64,000 bases of DNA, taken from assembly GCA_028820695.1 (NCBI GenBank), contig JAPPIB010000055.1, forward strand, positions 64,015 to 128,014, written 5' to 3'. A model generated the notes under the pieces. The model saw only the letters and a program-made list of their open reading frames with translations, was not told where the DNA came from and did no database searches. Shown here in pieces: positions 39,383 through 48,570 of the stretch (the stretch's first letter is position 1; every line of letters starts with the position of its first letter). Origin of the DNA: Acidiferrobacterales bacterium (GTDB lineage Bacteria > Pseudomonadota > Gammaproteobacteria > Arenicellales > JAJDZL01). The position numbers and the translations under genes are program-made.

Positions 39383-40594
39383 CTGACTTATTCTTTTGAG
39401 GAATCGCTTGATCTCATCCGTCGCGGAACCGATGAGATTCTGCTGGATTCAGAACTGAACGATCGAATTCGTAAAGGGCGTCCGCTTTGTGTCAAGGCAG
39501 GATTTGATCCCACAGCACCCGACTTGCACTTGGGTCACGTCGTTCTGCTGGAAAAAATGCGGCAGTTTCAGGATCTGGGACACCGAGTCGTCTTCCTGAT
39601 CGGCGACTTCACCGGACGCATCGGAGATCCGTCCGGAAAGAACGCTACGCGCCCGCCAATGTCCACCGAACAGATTGAAGCCAATGCGGCAACCTACCGA
39701 AAGCAGGTGTCCATGGTGCTCGATCCGGACAAGACTGTTGTTCGGTTCAACTCGGAGTGGTATTCAGAGGAAAATTCCGCCATGATGATTCAGCTGGCGT
39801 CCCAATACACGGTTGCCAGAATGCTCGAACGCGATGACTTCAAAAAACGGTTCGCGGATCAGCAGTCAATCGCCATTCATGAATTTCTCTATCCTCTGGT
39901 TCAGGGTTACGATTCTGTGGTACTCAAGGCCGATGTCGAACTGGGCGGCACAGATCAGAAGTTCAATCTCCTGGTCGGAAGAGACTTGCAGCGACAGTAT
40001 GGCCAGCCGCAGCAGGTCGTAATCACCGTTCCGATTCTGGAAGGGCTGGATGGCGTTCAGAAAATGTCAAAATCCCTCGGTAACTACATCGGAATCGATG
40101 AGCCGCCGGACGAAATATTCGGCAAGTTGATGTCGGTCTCCGACGAGCTGATGTGGAGATACTTCGAATTGCTGAGTAAGCGGCCGATGAAGGAGATCCA
40201 ACAGTTCCGACAGCAGGCGTCTGAAGGAGCCAATCCTCGCGATTTCAAGGTTCTGCTGGCGATGGAAATGGTTGAACGGTTCCACTCTGGAAGTGCCGCG
40301 CAAAGCGCGCATGCACAGTTTATCGCCAGATTTCAGCAGGGCATGGACCCAGACGATATCGAGCACAAGGACATTTTCATTGAGCGGTCGGGCATAGCGC
40401 TCGCGAATCTGCTCAAGGACGCAGGGCTGGTCGCGTCAACTTCGGATGCCCATCGCATGGTTGATCAGGGTGCTGTTCGAATCGATGGTGAGCGTGTCAG
40501 TGACTCAAGGCAGGAAATTGCTGCAGGAACCTCACATGTCATTCGGGTGGGCAAGCGGCGGATCGCCCGGGTTTCAGTGCAGGCAAGCCAATAA
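39383..40594 (+). CDS. tyrS: Tyrosine--tRNA ligase (type 2)
   Basis: It has the HIGH motif [11 protein letters not shown], the KMSKS motif and a C-terminal S4 domain. The conserved N-terminus [22 protein letters not shown] lies upstream of the listed TTG (39524). The only plausible initiator is CTG at 39383, 9 nt after GGAG. Confidence 0.88.
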   Translation: MTYSFEESLDLIRRGTDEILLDSELNDRIRKGRPLCVKAGFDPTAPDLHLGHVVLLEKMRQFQDLGHRVVFLIGDFTGRIGDPSGKNATRPPMSTEQIEANAATYRKQVSMVLDPDKTVVRFNSEWYSEENSAMMIQLASQYTVARMLERDDFKKRFADQQSIAIHEFLYPLVQGYDSVVLKADVELGGTDQKFNLLVGRDLQRQYGQPQQVVITVPILEGLDGVQKMSKSLGNYIGIDEPPDEIFGKLMSVSDELMWRYFELLSKRPMKEIQQFRQQASEGANPRDFKVLLAMEMVERFHSGSAAQSAHAQFIARFQQGMDPDDIEHKDIFIERSGIALANLLKDAGLVASTSDAHRMVDQGAVRIDGERVSDSRQEIAAGTSHVIRVGKRRIARVSVQASQ

Positions 40595-40612
40595 TCGGCA
40601 GCGGCATCCGCC

Positions 40613-41341
40613 TCAAGCCCTGCACTGGTCCATCCAGTTCCGATAAAGTATCTGTGCTGTAGACGACAGATTTTCCTGGTACTGCTGTGCTTCGACTCTG
40701 AGACTGTCAGCACCATCGACTCCAAAAGTTGCGGTCAGCGCCTGTTCATATTCCGGAACCGCGTTCCACTCGTCGATTGTCTGAGGTCCGGTCTCGACGT
40801 GGAACTGAATGCCCAGCGAAGCGTCCCCGATGGCAAATGACTGTACAGCACACACCGGCGACGACATCAGCACACTGGCATCATCAGGAAGAGACTTCAC
40901 TTCCGCACCATGCCATTGCAGGGTCTTGAAACACTGAGGCAGATCCTTTCCGAGCACATGAGCCTGGCCTGCATCGGTCAAGTTGACGTCGAGCATGCCG
41001 ACTTCCGGTGTCTGCGCCTTCCCGACCGATCCGCCGGCGGCCTCAGCGAGCAGCTGGTGCCCCAGACATACTCCGAGAAATGGCATGCGGCGTACCCGGA
41101 CCGCTTCATGAATCGCCTCTTTTTCCGCAGCCAGCCAGGGAAACTGGTCTTCTTGCCAGACATCCATCGGGCCGCCCATTGATATCATCGCGTCGTAGCG
41201 TGAGATGTCGGGCACCTTCTCGCCTTCGTCCAGCTCAACAGCGTCCCACCTGATACCGTCGTGGCGCATGAAGTCCCGGAAAATCCCCGGGTGCTCGCAG
41301 GCGATGTGCTGGAAAACAACAATTCGGAAATCACTTGCCAT
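40613..41341 (-). CDS. Class I glutamine amidotransferase-like protein
   Basis: It has the catalytic-Cys context FLGVCLGHQLLA and the C-terminal GIQFHVE (His-Glu). I chose the ATG at 41341 inside the TTG-initiated ORF. Confidence 0.75.
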   Translation of the reverse strand: MASDFRIVVFQHIACEHPGIFRDFMRHDGIRWDAVELDEGEKVPDISRYDAMISMGGPMDVWQEDQFPWLAAEKEAIHEAVRVRRMPFLGVCLGHQLLAEAAGGSVGKAQTPEVGMLDVNLTDAGQAHVLGKDLPQCFKTLQWHGAEVKSLPDDASVLMSSPVCAVQSFAIGDASLGIQFHVETGPQTIDEWNAVPEYEQALTATFGVDGADSLRVEAQQYQENLSSTAQILYRNWMDQCRA

Positions 41342-41683
41342 GTTACATACCTTCAATCGAAGACTCGATGCGTTGATTATGTCCTATTTTCTCAAACCTG
41401 TCATCTTCTCGAAAACTGCATACCGATCCGGCTCGACTGATTGTCAGTACAGTCGGGTTTGTGAGCAATCCGACTTCGATGGGCCGCGACCGCGAAAGCA
41501 TTGTGCACACATATCCACATCCGACTGCACTGGTTCCTCACTGCGTCTGAATGAGATCTGCCGTTGTCTGCCAATGCTGGAATTCGCCAGTCGATGTTAC
41601 ATCAAATATAATGCAAGGTTACTGTGACGCCTGATCAAAATATACCGAAGTGCAGTCAATGGCTGAGGAAGGGTTGAACCACT

Positions 41684-42139
41684 GTGAGCGTATTGAGACT
41701 TCATTCCGAGCCCCTTCAGGATTCCTGGCTGGATGCCTACGGACACCTCAACGAAGCCTATTACCTTGTCCCATTCACCAACACAACGTGGATCATGCAG
41801 GATCATTTCGGGATTGGTGTTGACTACTTTGAGAGAACTGGCTGTGCGCTTTACACCGTTGAAACGCATCTGCGATACCTTAAGGAAGTCAGGAAACCCG
41901 CCAATATTGAGGTGGAAACAATAATACTGGGGTCAGACGCCAAGAAAATATGGTTTGCCCACTTGATGCGGGTGGCGGAGAAGTTATGTGCGACAGCAGA
42001 ATTCATGATTCTCCACTACAGTACTCGAGAAAATAAGACAATACCCTTGCCGCAGGAGGTTCAGGCGATGCTGTCTGCGGCGGAAATTGACTCACGGCCA
42101 GATTGGGTGGGCAGACGCATATCCATGGCAAGGCAATGA
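41684..42139 (+). CDS. Hotdog-fold acyl-CoA thioesterase (4HBT/YbgC-like)
   Basis: At 151 aa, D.YGHLNEAYYL..F and the overall length and pattern are typical of 4HBT-type thioesterases. Confidence 0.65.
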   Translation: MSVLRLHSEPLQDSWLDAYGHLNEAYYLVPFTNTTWIMQDHFGIGVDYFERTGCALYTVETHLRYLKEVRKPANIEVETIILGSDAKKIWFAHLMRVAEKLCATAEFMILHYSTRENKTIPLPQEVQAMLSAAEIDSRPDWVGRRISMARQ

Positions 42140-42314
42140 AGCGCAGTTCGAGGACCGGTTGGCCAAAGGACGTACAGCTTCACGGTCTGAACATCACTTG
42201 CTGTTTTGGCAGCTTGTCTCAACTGGCATTTTGATGTGCTTTGGTGTGGAGACTATCTGATTGGAAACGCGGTCACGTCCGAGCAGAAAATTAAGAAAAA
42301 TCAGTATTGAAGAC

Positions 42315-42881
42315 ATGTTGAGAGTTTTGTATGCCGTCGTATTCGGGCTCGTTCTGGTGCCAGTGCCATCAATCGGGCAGGATAGGTCTGCTGACTGCAA
42401 TCCTTCCATAAACATTGACATTGACGAGACGTCGTTTACCCGTGAAGAAGTGATTGCGCTGATAGACGAACTTTTCTATGAGTCACTGGCCGAGTATCAG
42501 GAATGTCTCGGAGGCGGCGCAAGCGGTGGTGCTGTCGCAAGCGGCGCAACCAGCGGCGGACAGACTTCAGGATCTATTGAGTCTGTAGCGGCATCGGGCG
42601 TTCAGGGTACAGATTCGCCGTCGCTCGAGCCTATTGAAGAAGAAAGTGTCAGCACTTTCCAATCTGACTTGCCGCCCGCAGACAATGGCAAGATTCCTGA
42701 AGACTTGCCGCTCGCAGACAATGGCAAGATTCCTGAAGACATTCCGCCCGCAGACAACGACAGCGTCCTCGCGGCACAGATCCGTCTCGCGGCGGAAAAT
42801 GAGACCGATCCGGCGGCACAGGCAGCCCTGTGGAACGAATATCGAAAGGTCAAGGGCATTAAAGTAAGGGAAGTCAAATAG
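42315..42881 (+). CDS. Secreted protein with tandem DLPxADNGKIPE repeats (first gene of the stator/vWA cluster)
   Basis: The signal-like N-terminus MLRVLYAVVFGLVLVPVPSIG is followed by a G/S/A-rich segment, the repeats and an acidic tail. I recognise no family. Confidence 0.45.
   Translation: MLRVLYAVVFGLVLVPVPSIGQDRSADCNPSINIDIDETSFTREEVIALIDELFYESLAEYQECLGGGASGGAVASGATSGGQTSGSIESVAASGVQGTDSPSLEPIEEESVSTFQSDLPPADNGKIPEDLPLADNGKIPEDIPPADNDSVLAAQIRLAAENETDPAAQAALWNEYRKVKGIKVREVK
42666..42762 (+). repeat. 36-bp in-frame tandem repeat, 2.7 copies
   Basis: Units at 42666-42701 and 42702-42737 differ at 2 positions. A partial third unit runs to about 42762. They encode DLPPADNGKIPE / DLPLADNGKIPE / DIPPADND. 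Confidence 0.85.
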
Positions 42882-42912
42882 CGAGAAACCGAATGTATTG
42901 GAGAATGGTCAA

Positions 42913-44136
42913 ATGAAAAAGATCTTTTTTATGCTGTGCTTGAGTCTGAGCGCATTGTCACTGGTCAGTTGTGTTGGCGGTGGGTCCGGCGGGCAGGTTT
43001 CTTCTTTGAGCAAGACGCCGTTCGGCGTCAGTCTTGAGGACTCACCAGGTAGCAAGACCGCAAGTCATTACGCGGGTGTCAAGCTCGACGTCATTGTTCC
43101 TGTATTCGACCCCAACATTCCTGAGGACCCCGACGAATACGAAAAACTTGGCGTGTGGCCAGAACTTCGAAGAACTGAATCGGTTCGGTTCGCTCAGGCG
43201 ATGAAATTGGCCCTGCAGGATACCATGGCTTTTGGCGATGTCCGCATCGCACCCGATGTGGCCGTCGCCGGCGACTTGTACGTAATCGGCAGAGTCGACA
43301 AGTCCAATGGTGAGGACATCGAAATCTACATCCAGGTCTACGATGCGAGCGGAAAAAGGTGGTCGAAAAAGACCTTCAAGCACCGCGTCAAGGAGTATCA
43401 CTGGAGGGATGTGCGTCAGAAAGATAAAGATCCGTATCAACCAGTTTTCTCGAAGGCTGCCGAACATATTGTCAGTCTGCTCAAGAAGGTTCCGCAACAA
43501 AGACTCGGAGATGTGAGAGCGATTACAGAAATCAAGTTTGCCAGTGCCTTTGTTCCGGGCGTGTACTCGGATCACGTAACAGTTGAGAATAACAAGATCC
43601 AACTCGTTTCCCTGCCGCCGGAAAACGACCCCATGCTTGAGCGTACCAGGGCGATCAGAGTGGTTGATGGGCTGTTCATGGATAAGATGCAGACTCACTA
43701 CAACAGTCTGGTACGGGACACGAACGACAGTTATGTCTCATGGCAGGAGCACAGCCTGACTTCTGCAAAACAGGCTCGAGAAGCAAAATCCAAGGCCGCA
43801 GGGCAAGCGATTCTAGGTGGGTTGCTGTTGCTGGGCGCTGCGTATGCGGCGTCCGAAAGTGACTCAACGGGCGATCAACTGGTAACCGCCGGTTTGGCTA
43901 CCGGAGGTGTATTGATGTTGCAGGACAGTTTCAGTGCCAACGCTGAAGGCAAATTCCACCAGGAAAATCTGATGGAGTTGGGACAGACGCTGAACTTTGA
44001 AGTGGCTCCACAAATTGTGGAGTTCGAAAATACGACTCTTGAGCTTCGAGGAGGAGTCAAGTCCCAGTATCGTCAATGGCTGACTGTGCTCGGAGACCTT
44101 TACGAGCGTGAAAGGATTCCTGATATTCAGCTTTGA
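42913..44136 (+). CDS. Lipoprotein with a C-terminal Gly/Ala-rich hydrophobic hairpin
   Basis: It has the lipobox LSLVSC and a large soluble domain, then AILGGLLLLGAAYAA...LVTAGLATGGVLML. I recognise no family. Confidence 0.5.
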   Translation: MKKIFFMLCLSLSALSLVSCVGGGSGGQVSSLSKTPFGVSLEDSPGSKTASHYAGVKLDVIVPVFDPNIPEDPDEYEKLGVWPELRRTESVRFAQAMKLALQDTMAFGDVRIAPDVAVAGDLYVIGRVDKSNGEDIEIYIQVYDASGKRWSKKTFKHRVKEYHWRDVRQKDKDPYQPVFSKAAEHIVSLLKKVPQQRLGDVRAITEIKFASAFVPGVYSDHVTVENNKIQLVSLPPENDPMLERTRAIRVVDGLFMDKMQTHYNSLVRDTNDSYVSWQEHSLTSAKQAREAKSKAAGQAILGGLLLLGAAYAASESDSTGDQLVTAGLATGGVLMLQDSFSANAEGKFHQENLMELGQTLNFEVAPQIVEFENTTLELRGGVKSQYRQWLTVLGDLYERERIPDIQL

Positions 44137-44206
44137 TGCCGAAGCCGACGTAGGAAGTTATTGCAGCGAGCCATGATTCAGTGGGTGTTGATGGTACTGA
44201 ACGAGC

Positions 44207-46294
44207 ATGCCCGCGACAGATGACATCACAACCCCAAAACAGAATCGTATTTCAACACGAACTCTGTTATTGACCGCCATCTTGCTCGTCGTTGTGTTGG
44301 CCGGCGGTGTCTGGCTTGCGCGAATGTATACGATCGATGACCTCGCGGGCATGGTGACTGATTCTTCGACCTGGCTTGACGACCCGCTTGATTCTCGAGA
44401 TGATTCAGCTGATCCAGTTCAGCTGAACCAGCGTTACCAGCAGCTGCATGCAGACCTGCAGGCTGCACTGAATTCAGATCAAAGTGAGAAACTTCGCAAT
44501 TTCGGGAGAGCAAAATTCCGCGAGCAGGTCGCTTTGGGGTTGATTCGTGCACAAGACGCTTTCAATGCCGGCGACGTCGACGATGCGCTGCGGCATTTGG
44601 AATTATCTGCAGAGCACTGGCGCCAGGCAGTCTCAGAAATCGATGCAATGTCCTCTGGTTCAGGAACTGTGCAACAGATTCAGGCGGGTCTTTCTGACAG
44701 ACAGACAGACGGCGTGTCTGATGATTCATCGAAGTCAGCATCAGAACAGAATCGAATGGATGAGGGAGGAGACTTATCACTTGATCACGATCAGCCCGGT
44801 GAGGTATCGATAGCGAATGTAATCCTTTCAATACCCATAGGTGAGCAAAGATCAGACGGTGATCTGGCGCAGGGCAACCGGCAATCGGTGGAGTTGCCGA
44901 TTTCGGACGCGGAACCAGAATTTACTGACGGCAGCAACATAGCGGATTCCGCTGAGGTGTCCGACCGGGAAGTTTCCGCATTGAGTCCACAAACGAACTT
45001 CGAAACCGAGGGCTCACAGCCAAGCGAAACAGAACATCAACGCGACACCGCGCCAGACAACGAAAATCTGGCCAGACTGGAGTACGAATTTTTGATGTCG
45101 GAACTGAATCGCGTTTTACCAACCGTTCAGGAAAACCAGAATCTTGTACCGCAAAACAAAAGCATCATTGAAACGGCGCAGCAAAATTTCACCAAGGCAA
45201 AAGATGCTTATCGAGTGCAGAGGTTCAGCGATGCAAAGCGATTCGCTGTTATCGCACTCGCTGACGCAAACAAGGCAGTCGAGCACGAAGAGCGGCATTA
45301 TCATCTGAGTCTGGCAGCTGCCAAGGATGCGTATGCAGACCGCAATGTCGAAATTGCCGCGCAGGCAATTGATCGGGCTGTTGCGTTGCGACCGAACAGT
45401 CATGAAGCGGCTCACTGGCACGATCAGATTGAATCATTGCCAAATCTGATCGAAGCGCAGCAAGACGCAGACTCTGCCCGCGACTCGGGCCAGTTGCACA
45501 AGGAAGTTGAAGCCCTCGAACGAGTCGTACTGTATTCGAACGACACCGATTGGACCGAACAACGCATCGCAGAACTTAAGCAATTGATCAGTGACAGGCA
45601 GTTCTTCAGCACCATTAGTCGGGGGCTTACGGCTTTATCGGATGGCAATATTGAACAGGCAAGAACCGAACTCTCGAACGCCAGGAATCAACGGCCATCT
45701 TCATCGGAAACCGCAAGATTGCAAAGTGGCATTGAACACGCAGAGCGACAACACAGGATCTCTGAACTCCTCGAAGCTGCCACACGCGCTTGGGAACAGG
45801 ATAACTGGAACAATGCACTTGTTCACTATCAGAAAGTCTTGTCCATCGATCCGGATCGTGATGAGGCCGTCCAAGGTCGTGAATTTGCAACCAGGATTAT
45901 CGCACTGCAAAGTGCAATGGATGATTTTCTCAACAGACCCCATCGACTGAGCTCGCCCAATATAGCCGCTTCTGCCAATTCAGCCGTTGAGAGTGCCGCG
46001 CCGTTGGGCGTTTTCAGCCGCAGACTCGAGTTGACTGCCAACTCGCTGGCAGATGCAATTCTCGAGTGGCAGACACCTGTGCTGGTAAGGGTGCTGTCAG
46101 ACGGAAAGACGGAAATCGGGATCCGGGGGGTCGGTCGCATCGGAAGGACGAAAGAAAAGTCAATCACATTGCGTCCTGGCACCTACGTTTTTGAAGGACG
46201 AAGAGAAGGATATCGCTCGACCCTGATAGAAATCGTCGTGGCAAGCAGCGAAATTGCACAGGAAATAACCGTGATCTGCAGTGAGCGAAGTTGA
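44207..46294 (+). CDS. N-terminally membrane-anchored protein: acidic disordered region, TPR-like helical repeats, C-terminal PEGA-like beta domain (TolA-like layout)
   Basis: The TM is TLLLTAILLVVVLAGGVWLA and residues ~150-290 are D/E/S-rich. TPR-like units include AKDAYRVQRFSDAKRFA and NWNNALVHYQKVLSIDPDRDEA. The C-terminus reads VLVRVLSDGKTEIGIRG...LRPGTYVFEGRREGYRS. Confidence 0.5.
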   Translation: MPATDDITTPKQNRISTRTLLLTAILLVVVLAGGVWLARMYTIDDLAGMVTDSSTWLDDPLDSRDDSADPVQLNQRYQQLHADLQAALNSDQSEKLRNFGRAKFREQVALGLIRAQDAFNAGDVDDALRHLELSAEHWRQAVSEIDAMSSGSGTVQQIQAGLSDRQTDGVSDDSSKSASEQNRMDEGGDLSLDHDQPGEVSIANVILSIPIGEQRSDGDLAQGNRQSVELPISDAEPEFTDGSNIADSAEVSDREVSALSPQTNFETEGSQPSETEHQRDTAPDNENLARLEYEFLMSELNRVLPTVQENQNLVPQNKSIIETAQQNFTKAKDAYRVQRFSDAKRFAVIALADANKAVEHEERHYHLSLAAAKDAYADRNVEIAAQAIDRAVALRPNSHEAAHWHDQIESLPNLIEAQQDADSARDSGQLHKEVEALERVVLYSNDTDWTEQRIAELKQLISDRQFFSTISRGLTALSDGNIEQARTELSNARNQRPSSSETARLQSGIEHAERQHRISELLEAATRAWEQDNWNNALVHYQKVLSIDPDRDEAVQGREFATRIIALQSAMDDFLNRPHRLSSPNIAASANSAVESAAPLGVFSRRLELTANSLADAILEWQTPVLVRVLSDGKTEIGIRGVGRIGRTKEKSITLRPGTYVFEGRREGYRSTLIEIVVASSEIAQEITVICSERS

Positions 46295-48296
46295 ACGAAT
46301 TCTGAACCTAGCACAGCGCAGCCACCGAAAACGGGCGGTCATCGCTACGGCAGTTGTAGTGTCGATCTGTGCGCTGGCAGGGGTGTTGTACTTCGCAACT
46401 GTGGTAATCGGGAAAGTATCTGTTGTCATAACACCGACGGAGGCATCCAATTCGGCCCAAATTGCAGTCACGCAGGGCAAGGGCTATGTGACGGGCTCCA
46501 GAATCTGGGGACTGAAAGGCGATATGATCATCCGGATATCAGCCGACGGGTATGAAACCGAGGAATTCTCGATCACACACGCGACATGGGAGCGGGAGAA
46601 GGTGGATGTGATCATGCGAGAAGTTCTCGCCACTCTGAAAGCAGTCGCCACACCCCGACTTCCTGACATCCGATGGCATCTGAATGATAACCTTGTCGGA
46701 CAAGGCGATTCGCTGGACATGAAACTGAACTCCGGAGATTACCGTATCAGTGCTGTACACCCCTATTATGTTCCGCAGACATCGGTATTTTCTGTGAACA
46801 GGGGCGAACGATACAATCTTGATCTGACACTGAAGCCGATGAAGGGAGAAATTTTCATCACATCGGCACCAGGCGGCGCTGAAGTGGCATCGGATCAAGA
46901 GGTGTTAGGCAGGACTCCGTTGAATCTGCAAGTCGAAGGCGGCGTTCATCACCTGACCGTTTCCGCTGACAGATACGACACCAAGACAGATTCGATATCA
47001 GTCAGCAATTCCTCTCCGACGGTCAAACGGCACTACGAGCTGAAAAGAACGTTGCGGCCGGTGTCGTTGATCCTTTCTCCAAAAGGAGGCGTCATCTCAT
47101 TGGACGATGAAGTCATATCGGTACCAACCGGCAAATTGCTCCTGCCCGTTGGAAGCCAGCACAGCCTGCGCTATTCCAAGCAAGGATTCAGCACGAAGGG
47201 CGAGAAGTTCACAGTCAATGAAAGCGGGAATTCGGTCGCGCTTGAGCTAAAGCCCATATACGGAGTGGTGAGAATCGATTCGCACCCGCGTGCGAAAATC
47301 GAGATTGGCGGTACGGACTATGGACAAACCCCCCAACTGCTGAAAATTCACGCCGTTGAACAGACTGTTGCGCTGAGCGCGCCCGGCTACCAGACACAGT
47401 TCAGAAAGTTTGTCCCGGACGAAAATGTCCCATTGGAGATGTTTGTCACACTGGAGACGAAAAGTGCCTACAGATTGAGAAATTCACCGGCGCAGTACTC
47501 GAACAGTGCGGGCATGGAGATGAAGCTGTTCAAAACCGCAGATACGATCACAGTGGGTTCACCGCGAGGTGAGATCGATCGACGGGCGAACGAGTTTCTC
47601 AGGGAGGTCAGGCTTTCAAGGCCGTTCTATGCCGGTGTTCATGAAGTATCGGTCGAGCAATACAACAAGTTCAAGTCGCCCGACGCGGCCGGCTCGGGAA
47701 ACCGTCATCCCATTGTCGGCATAGACTGGATTTCGGCCGCAAAGTTCTGTAATTGGCTTAGCAGGCAAGAAGGGCTTGAACCGGTTTATCTGTTCCCGGA
47801 CGGGCAATTTACCGGGAGCGATCCGTCCGCCGACGGTTATCGAATGCTGACCGAGGCTGAATGGGAGTGGCTGGCAAGAAAGGCAGGACGCGTTGAGCAG
47901 TCCATTTTTACGTGGGGTAACAGCAGGACAATACCCAAGAATTCCGGTAATCTCGCAGATGAATCAGCAACGGGAAAGGTGGAGTCATACATTCCCAACT
48001 ACAGCGATGGTGCACCGTCACTTTCCGAAACGGGACGTTTTTCGTCCAACCCGTCCGGACTGCATGATCTGACCGGGAATGCAAGGGAATGGGTACATGA
48101 TGCCTACAGCTTGCGGCCGCCGAGGGAGGGCGAGGTGAAAGATGACGTCCTGGACAGCGACGATTCGTTGCGGCGAACCTTCAAGGGATCAAGTTTCAGG
48201 TCGGCAGACCCTGCTGAGTTACGTGCTTCGTGGCGGGACGGCAGCGACTCGTCGGCCGATGACATTGGATTTCGAGTTGCCCGCTACCTTTACTGA
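46281..48296 (+). CDS. Membrane-anchored protein with several PEGA domains and a C-terminal FGE-sulfatase (SUMF1-like) domain
   Basis: GTG start overlapping the previous ORF by 14 nt; the TM is VIATAVVVSICALAGVLYFATVVI. PEGA units include GEIFITSAPGGAEVASDQEVLGRTPL and VVRIDSHPRAKIEIGGTDYGQTP. The FGE-type blocks are PFYAGVHEVSVEQYNKF, HPIVGIDWISAAKFCNWLS, YRMLTEAEWEW, NAREWVHD and GSSFRS...DIGFRVAR. Confidence 0.62.
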   Translation: MSEVERILNLAQRSHRKRAVIATAVVVSICALAGVLYFATVVIGKVSVVITPTEASNSAQIAVTQGKGYVTGSRIWGLKGDMIIRISADGYETEEFSITHATWEREKVDVIMREVLATLKAVATPRLPDIRWHLNDNLVGQGDSLDMKLNSGDYRISAVHPYYVPQTSVFSVNRGERYNLDLTLKPMKGEIFITSAPGGAEVASDQEVLGRTPLNLQVEGGVHHLTVSADRYDTKTDSISVSNSSPTVKRHYELKRTLRPVSLILSPKGGVISLDDEVISVPTGKLLLPVGSQHSLRYSKQGFSTKGEKFTVNESGNSVALELKPIYGVVRIDSHPRAKIEIGGTDYGQTPQLLKIHAVEQTVALSAPGYQTQFRKFVPDENVPLEMFVTLETKSAYRLRNSPAQYSNSAGMEMKLFKTADTITVGSPRGEIDRRANEFLREVRLSRPFYAGVHEVSVEQYNKFKSPDAAGSGNRHPIVGIDWISAAKFCNWLSRQEGLEPVYLFPDGQFTGSDPSADGYRMLTEAEWEWLARKAGRVEQSIFTWGNSRTIPKNSGNLADESATGKVESYIPNYSDGAPSLSETGRFSSNPSGLHDLTGNAREWVHDAYSLRPPREGEVKDDVLDSDDSLRRTFKGSSFRSADPAELRASWRDGSDSSADDIGFRVARYLY

Positions 48297-48407
48297 CTTC
48301 AGGCTGTCTATGAAAATTCACGATAGTTCCCAGGTAGTATAATCGACATGAACAGTAGTGAGATGTTGGCAAAAAGACAACTGCCTGTTCCAACAGGAGT
48401 CTGAGAT

Positions 48408-48569
48408 TTGTTTGGAATTCGTTCGAAATCGCGTATGTACGCGCTGATTCTTCTCACATCGCTGGCTATTGCTGTACTGGGAGTAAGCTACTACCTCTCT
48501 GAGCCCGCGCGTAGCCAGAATAGTCAAATCAGCCTGAATTCTCCGGTCAGCTTCCCGGTGGACATATGA
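48408..48569 (+). CDS. Small (53-aa) single-pass membrane protein, not in the ORF track
   Basis: TTG at 48408 lies 8 nt after AGGAG (48395-48399). The TM is MYALILLTSLAIAVLGVSYYL, and the stop TGA at 48567-48569 is 1 nt before the ATG of the MotA-like gene. An alternative ATG start is at 48435. Confidence 0.4.
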   Translation: MFGIRSKSRMYALILLTSLAIAVLGVSYYLSEPARSQNSQISLNSPVSFPVDI

Positions 48570-48570
48570 T

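Noticed and set aside
42140-42314. A possible sigma54 promoter (TGGCAT...TGTGCT) upstream of the stator/vWA cluster.
   Set aside because: The GG-to-GC spacing is one nucleotide off the -24/-12 consensus, and the -12 element is poor.
43042-43698. 218-aa minus-strand ORF.
   Set aside because: It is antisense to the lipoprotein gene 42913-44136, which has a proper lipobox and fits the operon spacing.
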